A DNA stretch of 64,000 nt from a virus, in the IMG/VR virus record IMGVR_UViG_3300023184_000094, positions 1 through 64,000 of that record; one strand, 5' to 3'. Position numbers and translations under genes: made by a program. Positions 59,079-64,000 of the stretch are shown in pieces. The stretch's first letter is position 1. Every line of letters starts with the position of its first letter. Below the pieces are notes generated by a model that saw only the letters and a program-made list of their open reading frames with translations, did not search any database and was not told where the DNA came from.

Positions 59079-60124
59079 TAAATTTAATTAGAATAGGGTG
59101 GACTGATATTAACAAGGATTATCTAGAATGGACCTTGCAAACGCAATTTAATTTAAAAGTCTATGTAGAAAATACAAATTATAATAATTCTGAAGATATA
59201 TTCGTTATTAGTCGACCTGAATTTTATAATAAAGAAATATTAATTAGATTGTTAGATCAAGGATTTAGGCTATTAATTGTTAATTTATGGGAAGCTCGTC
59301 CATATGTATTAGCTAAAGATTTCCAACCTTATTTAGATAATATTTTAGTAGTATTAGGATGTAAAGACCCATTTAATTACGGTTGGAAAAATGTTTTGTC
59401 AGTACCAAGATGGTTTTGGTATAACGAAAGTTTGTGGTATACCTGTGATAAAAACTTCCAATATCAGAATTATATTCCGCAAAGAAAAAATACTAAATTA
59501 TTCTTTATGCCTATTAAACGTAGTAAACCTTTTAGAACACAGACCGTAGAGAGATTAACAGAGTTTTTAGACGATGCTGTATGGAGTTATGTAGAACGTT
59601 GGAATGATGGCCTACATTTACCTACCAGAGAAGAAAATCCAGTTGCACGTATTGGATGGGATCGACAGTTTGAAGCCAATTGGTATGATGATACTTATTT
59701 TACTCTGGCAGTAGAAACTTATATAGGGCAAACACCGATTGAAAACGAAATAAAAGGAATAGTTTCTGATCAAGCAGGCCCATGTGAACTTTTTGTAACG
59801 GAAAAAACATTTAAGCCTATTGCACATCAACATCCATTTATGGTCTGTGGTATGAAGGGAACATTGGCTTTCCTTAAAGAAAATGGATTTGAAACATATG
59901 ATCATATATTTGATGAGAGTTACGATACCTTAGATTTCTTTGATGTGAGAGTAGATGCACTATACGATAATATTAAAAATTTTAATAAAGAAAAATATTC
60001 TGACCCGTTGACAGAGAAAAAGATCAAACATAATTACGATCGTTTCTATGATAGATCAGCAGTGCTAGCAGGTTTAAATAATGATCTAATAGAACCTATG
60101 CTGGAGTGGATTAATGCAACCTAA
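59075..60124 (+). CDS. Putative glycosyltransferase (GT10-like), paralog of 52267..53352
   Basis: FTLAVET...TEKTFKPI...HPFM...GFETY..IFDESYD. Confidence 0.5.
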   Translation: MINLIRIGWTDINKDYLEWTLQTQFNLKVYVENTNYNNSEDIFVISRPEFYNKEILIRLLDQGFRLLIVNLWEARPYVLAKDFQPYLDNILVVLGCKDPFNYGWKNVLSVPRWFWYNESLWYTCDKNFQYQNYIPQRKNTKLFFMPIKRSKPFRTQTVERLTEFLDDAVWSYVERWNDGLHLPTREENPVARIGWDRQFEANWYDDTYFTLAVETYIGQTPIENEIKGIVSDQAGPCELFVTEKTFKPIAHQHPFMVCGMKGTLAFLKENGFETYDHIFDESYDTLDFFDVRVDALYDNIKNFNKEKYSDPLTEKKIKHNYDRFYDRSAVLAGLNNDLIEPMLEWINAT

Positions 60125-61430
60125 ACCGCAGACTCTCTGCCTTGCACCTTGGACGCACACCTATCTAAGTCCTCAAACTGAACGCAGAATGTGCTGTGCA
60201 AGCCGTGAACCTGCGCAGAACTTTGAACAGTATATCGATACTAGTTCAGGCACGGGAAAGTATATTCCTATTACCTTAGAAGAACATTGGAATAGCGAAC
60301 ATATGAAGTCAGTGCGCCGGCGTATGATGGCAGGCGAAACCTTGTCTGAATGTGAAGTATGCAATGACAAGTTACTCAACACAGATGTTTACAGGAGTTA
60401 TTTTAATCGACTATTTGGTCATAAGTATGATAGTATATGGGACACTACAGACGAGCATGGTTATACAACTATGAAGCCTGTAAGTTGGGATTATCGCTTT
60501 AGTAATCTCTGTAACTTTAAGTGTCGCATGTGTGGTGATATGTTGTCTAGTAGTTGGGAAACTGAGCAAAGACAGCATGACATGATCAATTGGGATAATC
60601 CAAAAAATAATTGGATGCGCCCTGAAGTCAAAAAACAAATTGAACAGTTCCAAGATACACAGATAGAACGTGAGTTCGCAGATGCAGTCGAGAACCATCA
60701 AGTAGAAGAAGTATATTGGGTAGGCGGAGAGCCTCTAATGTATGAACAACATTGGCGTTATATGAATCGCATTGTTGAATTAGGAGATGGTAAAAATGTC
60801 TATGCTCGTTACAACACAAACCTCAGCCGTGTCACTTACCGTGGGACCAATCTGTATACTGATATTCTTAGCAGGCTTCGTGATTGGCAGATATGTGCAA
60901 GTCTTGATGGTACGGAAGAAATTGGAGAATATATCCGAACAGGTCTCAGCTATCCGCAGTGGCTTGAAAACTTTAAGGAAGGTCTTAGAGTCGCTACGCA
61001 CCGTAGACAAATGAGGATTGATTTCACGCTTACCTTACCGGGTATATTTGAACTCCGTAACATTGAGAAGTTAGCTACAGAATTGGGCGTAGACATACTT
61101 GCTAAAGTAGTCTTTAGTTTTAGTCCTGATATTATCATGTCGCCCTTGGCCCTACCCAAAGAGATTTTACATCCTTGGATAGACGAACTACTGGTTAGCC
61201 AAGACCCTGCAGGATGCCTGCAAAATAGCTCGCTAAGGGACATACTAATACAGCTTAAAACTCGCCCAACCTTTGTTGAACAGTGGCCAGATACTTACCA
61301 AACTGCGGTTGCAAAAGGCAAAGCTCGTGTGCTACAATTAGAGAGGATCCGCCAAGACAAATTAACTTTGGCTGATATTTTATTAGAAAGGAAAGATGCT
61401 TTTGAGTGGTATCAATCAATCAACTGTTAA
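60114..61430 (+). CDS. Radical SAM protein with N-terminal twitch-like domain (#6)
   Basis: CNFKCRMC, VGGEP, YNTN, ASLDG; N-terminal CLAPW...MCC...CEVC. Confidence 0.9.
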   Translation: MQPKPQTLCLAPWTHTYLSPQTERRMCCASREPAQNFEQYIDTSSGTGKYIPITLEEHWNSEHMKSVRRRMMAGETLSECEVCNDKLLNTDVYRSYFNRLFGHKYDSIWDTTDEHGYTTMKPVSWDYRFSNLCNFKCRMCGDMLSSSWETEQRQHDMINWDNPKNNWMRPEVKKQIEQFQDTQIEREFADAVENHQVEEVYWVGGEPLMYEQHWRYMNRIVELGDGKNVYARYNTNLSRVTYRGTNLYTDILSRLRDWQICASLDGTEEIGEYIRTGLSYPQWLENFKEGLRVATHRRQMRIDFTLTLPGIFELRNIEKLATELGVDILAKVVFSFSPDIIMSPLALPKEILHPWIDELLVSQDPAGCLQNSSLRDILIQLKTRPTFVEQWPDTYQTAVAKGKARVLQLERIRQDKLTLADILLERKDAFEWYQSINC

Positions 61431-62580
61431 AGTAACCCTACGTAATCCATTGGATAAAACGGATCTATTAGACTATTATATTTGTGTTTATGATAATCAA
61501 TTGGCAAAAGATTGGATTATAGCACTTAAAAAATTGTTAACTGATAAAAACCATTTAGAAAAAAATTATTGTTTTTTGGGTTTTCCTAATTCTTCAAGAA
61601 CTTTAGAATATCTTTGTGATGAATTAAATAAAGCGGTATTTCAAATAAATCTTTTTAATGCAACTGAAATCTGGCAGAAAAACGGCCTAGATAGTTATCT
61701 CATCGAAGATTATTATATACCTGATACTGTAAGATACGGCGATGAATATCCTTATATTAAACAACATGTAGCACTTGAGCCTGCACTGTTCTTTGAAAAA
61801 ACTTTGGGGTATAGAGTCAAACACGAAGTAATGAATAGATTACATAATTATTTTGAAATTTTACAAGGAATAGTCGGAGCCCAGAGTAATTATTATAAAC
61901 TAGCAGATTACGATACCAAGTATGCTATTAGACAATTAAACATTATATGTCACGAAATAGAAAGTTTGGTTTTAAGTCAGCATAAACTTAAAACAATGCC
62001 TGAATGGGTTCGCCCAAGCCAAATCACCACGTTCTTACATGCTACTCGCTACCATCTTAGTAGAGAACATAAGCACCTTGCTGTAAAAAATAGTTATGAT
62101 AGAAGATTTGGTGAAGTGTATATGCATTGGACGCAAATTGGTAAAACTTTATTCGAGGTATTTCGTGATGAAAATGCACCTCAACTTGATTCAACGACCT
62201 GTGATGCAATCACCCATTTACAATATTACAGTGGTGAATTTGATATCGAATGGGGCAATGATGTTGTTTTTGGAAATCATGTTTTTCACGACGACCAAAT
62301 AAACAGATTTCATCAGTGGATAAAAGAACAACATCTAGATAAGACTGATCCTGATTTATGCCTTGGATATTTGCCAATGGGGAGTGTCGATTTAATTCGT
62401 AGTTTTGGAACCACTGACCCAGATAAAATAAGAACATTATTGGGGGGGTATCTTGACATTTATCAAATTGAAATAGACGATATAAAAGATACATTTAATT
62501 ACTGTTGGACTGACTTAGATTACAAACAACAACAAATAGCAATGATGAAGCCAGGATATGATTACAGTAGCCGGGGGTGA
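61396..62580 (+). CDS. Hypothetical protein
   Basis: 394-aa ORF overlapping both neighbours; no family recognised. Confidence 0.75.
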   Translation: MLLSGINQSTVKVTLRNPLDKTDLLDYYICVYDNQLAKDWIIALKKLLTDKNHLEKNYCFLGFPNSSRTLEYLCDELNKAVFQINLFNATEIWQKNGLDSYLIEDYYIPDTVRYGDEYPYIKQHVALEPALFFEKTLGYRVKHEVMNRLHNYFEILQGIVGAQSNYYKLADYDTKYAIRQLNIICHEIESLVLSQHKLKTMPEWVRPSQITTFLHATRYHLSREHKHLAVKNSYDRRFGEVYMHWTQIGKTLFEVFRDENAPQLDSTTCDAITHLQYYSGEFDIEWGNDVVFGNHVFHDDQINRFHQWIKEQHLDKTDPDLCLGYLPMGSVDLIRSFGTTDPDKIRTLLGGYLDIYQIEIDDIKDTFNYCWTDLDYKQQQIAMMKPGYDYSSRG

Positions 62581-63109
62581 TAGTATCATATGGGGTAGTG
62601 AGCTAGCAGATAGTCCACACGGCGCCCCCAATGGATACAGTCGTAATACATTTGCTGCACTATTAGCTGGTGATGAATATCATTGCTCAGCATATCCTGG
62701 TATAGGTAACAGGCAGATCTATTCTAGGATACGTGGTGATCTAACTCAGATGCCACACTGCGGGGTCATTGTGTGTTGGACCTGGCCTAGTCGTGACAAC
62801 GAACTTGACAGCGATAAATGGATCATAGGATTACAAAAATATCTGAAATTTCATGATTATCCTTACTTGTTTACCTGTGTAGATAATTGTGTAATTACTG
62901 ATAATCCAGAGATTGATTGGGACCGTTGGTTTATGTTTCCCCCAGGAACAGAAGCCAATGAAACAATAACACCAAGAGGATTTTATCAATGGGCAGTGGA
63001 AAATAAGTATAATATAGGAGTTGATGGGCATCCTTTAGAACAAGCACATCGTGATGCAGTAACATTGATTAGGGAGAAGTTCAATGAGTTGGTTAAGAAA
63101 TCTATATAA
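62558..63109 (+). CDS. SGNH/GDSL hydrolase-like protein
   Basis: AGGDS..WG, PG.GN, CWT, DGHP. Confidence 0.65.
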   Translation: MITVAGGDSIIWGSELADSPHGAPNGYSRNTFAALLAGDEYHCSAYPGIGNRQIYSRIRGDLTQMPHCGVIVCWTWPSRDNELDSDKWIIGLQKYLKFHDYPYLFTCVDNCVITDNPEIDWDRWFMFPPGTEANETITPRGFYQWAVENKYNIGVDGHPLEQAHRDAVTLIREKFNELVKKSI

Positions 63110-63185
63110 TCGAATCAAACTAGAAATAGCATATCGCAAAAAATTAAAAGCGTTGCGTAAAAGAGATCCTTTTATCTACAAATAA
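63084..63185 (+). CDS. 33-aa basic peptide MSWLRNLYNRIKLEIAYRKKLKALRKRDPFIYK
   Basis: Below ORF-track cutoff; GGGAG RBS upstream; its TAA overlaps the next ATG (TAATG) and it fills the only sizeable gap in the operon. Confidence 0.65.
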   Translation: MSWLRNLYNRIKLEIAYRKKLKALRKRDPFIYK

Positions 63186-63829
63186 TGCGTTTACTAACAG
63201 TTGGTGATAGTTTTACTTGGGGTCAAGAGCTAGATGATAACACATCTGCTTGGCCGTATCTATTATCTGCCCGATTAGAGTATACGTTAGACAATCAGGC
63301 CAAGCCTGGCAGTGGTAACTTACGTATGGTTAGATATGCTATAGAACATATTGATAACTATGATATGATTATTATAGCCTGGACACATTTTGCCCGTAAT
63401 GAGTTTGCTGATGATTGTGGATTTTTTGATATATGGCCCGGATTTAATTCCAAATATTTTAAAGATATTATCCCGCATAGAGTAGAATTAATTGAATATT
63501 TTAATAAACATCATAATGATGATTACATGTATAGACAGTATTTGATCAATATTATTTTACTACAAAAATATTTAATGCTTAATAATAAACGCTATCTGAT
63601 GCTAGACGCATTTGGCAATCATCAATATAGTGGGAGAAATTCAGAAAAGAATAAAGATTTATTAGAACAAATTGATTCTACTTATTTTGTCGGCTGGCCA
63701 GATAAATCGATGATGGAGTGGACCTGGGGAACAGAAATGGGTGTAGGCGGACATTTCTTAGAAGAGGGGCATGTTAAAGTAGCAGAAAAATTATTTTATC
63801 AAATGGAAAATCTTTCATGGGTAAATTAA
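63185..63829 (+). CDS. SGNH/GDSL hydrolase-like protein
   Basis: VGDSFT.G, PGSGN, AWT, GGHF...GH. Confidence 0.7.
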   Translation: MRLLTVGDSFTWGQELDDNTSAWPYLLSARLEYTLDNQAKPGSGNLRMVRYAIEHIDNYDMIIIAWTHFARNEFADDCGFFDIWPGFNSKYFKDIIPHRVELIEYFNKHHNDDYMYRQYLINIILLQKYLMLNNKRYLMLDAFGNHQYSGRNSEKNKDLLEQIDSTYFVGWPDKSMMEWTWGTEMGVGGHFLEEGHVKVAEKLFYQMENLSWVN

Positions 63830-64000
63830 TCGCAGGTGGAGATAGTTTTATCTATGGTAGCGAATTAAAAGATGGATATTATTCCCCTAGCCAATCAACT
63901 TACCCTGCATTAATAGCAAAAGAACTTGGATGGGATTATGTCTGCACTGCTAGTCCTGGATTTGCTAACAGTAGTATTCGTCGGACAATTATCGATGCAT
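63817..64000 (+). CDS. SGNH/GDSL hydrolase-like protein (partial, runs off the window)
   Basis: Manual translation MGKLIAGGDSFIYGSELKDG...STYPALIAKELG..Y...ASPGFAN. Confidence 0.65.
   Translation, partial: MGKLIAGGDSFIYGSELKDGYYSPSQSTYPALIAKELGWDYVCTASPGFANSSIRRTIIDA

Noticed and set aside
50892-61430. Assigning the radical SAM genes to known pathways (MoaA, QueE, NrdG, PqqE, anaerobic sulfatase maturase)
   Set aside because: Domain order and neighbours do not fit; no queuosine, molybdopterin, PQQ, sulfatase or ribonucleotide reductase genes are in the window.
475-63031. Numerous 60-140 aa ORFs antisense or out of frame to long genes (e.g. 475..867, 2777..3004, 44509..44826, 53719..54111)
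   Set aside because: Shadow ORFs fully overlapping well-supported genes, without RBS or recognisable motifs.
1-64000. CRISPR array, tRNA genes, diversity-generating retroelement
   Set aside because: No regularly spaced direct repeats, no cloverleaf with a T-loop motif in the few intergenic gaps, no reverse transcriptase or TR/VR pair seen.
1-64000. Stop-codon reassignment as in some jumbo phages
   Set aside because: Genes are full length and densely packed in the standard code, including a 13.5-kb ORF; TAA, TAG and TGA all terminate genes.

Overview
A 64-kb segment of a large T4-like (gp55/gp46/gp47-encoding) myovirus genome, AT-rich, standard genetic code. Left to right: (i) head module on the minus strand (partial major capsid gp23, scaffold, prohead protease gp21, acidic core protein, portal gp20) plus a tape-measure-like gene; (ii) a gp26-like/gp51-like pair joined by a perfect -1 slippery site; (iii) a stand-alone small membrane protein gene and a ~450-nt ORF-free, highly structured region directly downstream of a minimal GIY-YIG nuclease; (iv) gp46, gp47 and late sigma factor gp55; (v) baseplate/tail module with two peptidoglycan-hydrolase fusions, a 4501-aa structural protein with seven FG-GAP blades and three paralogous fibre proteins; (vi) from 47.7 kb, a tightly overlapping operon behind a late promoter encoding three GT-A glycosyltransferase-like proteins, six radical SAM enzymes with an N-terminal (permuted) twitch/SPASM-like domain, two GT10-like proteins and four SGNH proteins. 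The best candidates for undescribed biology are the radical-SAM/glycosyltransferase/SGNH cluster and the GIY-YIG + structured ncRNA locus. All family calls come from motif recognition by eye; no searches were run.
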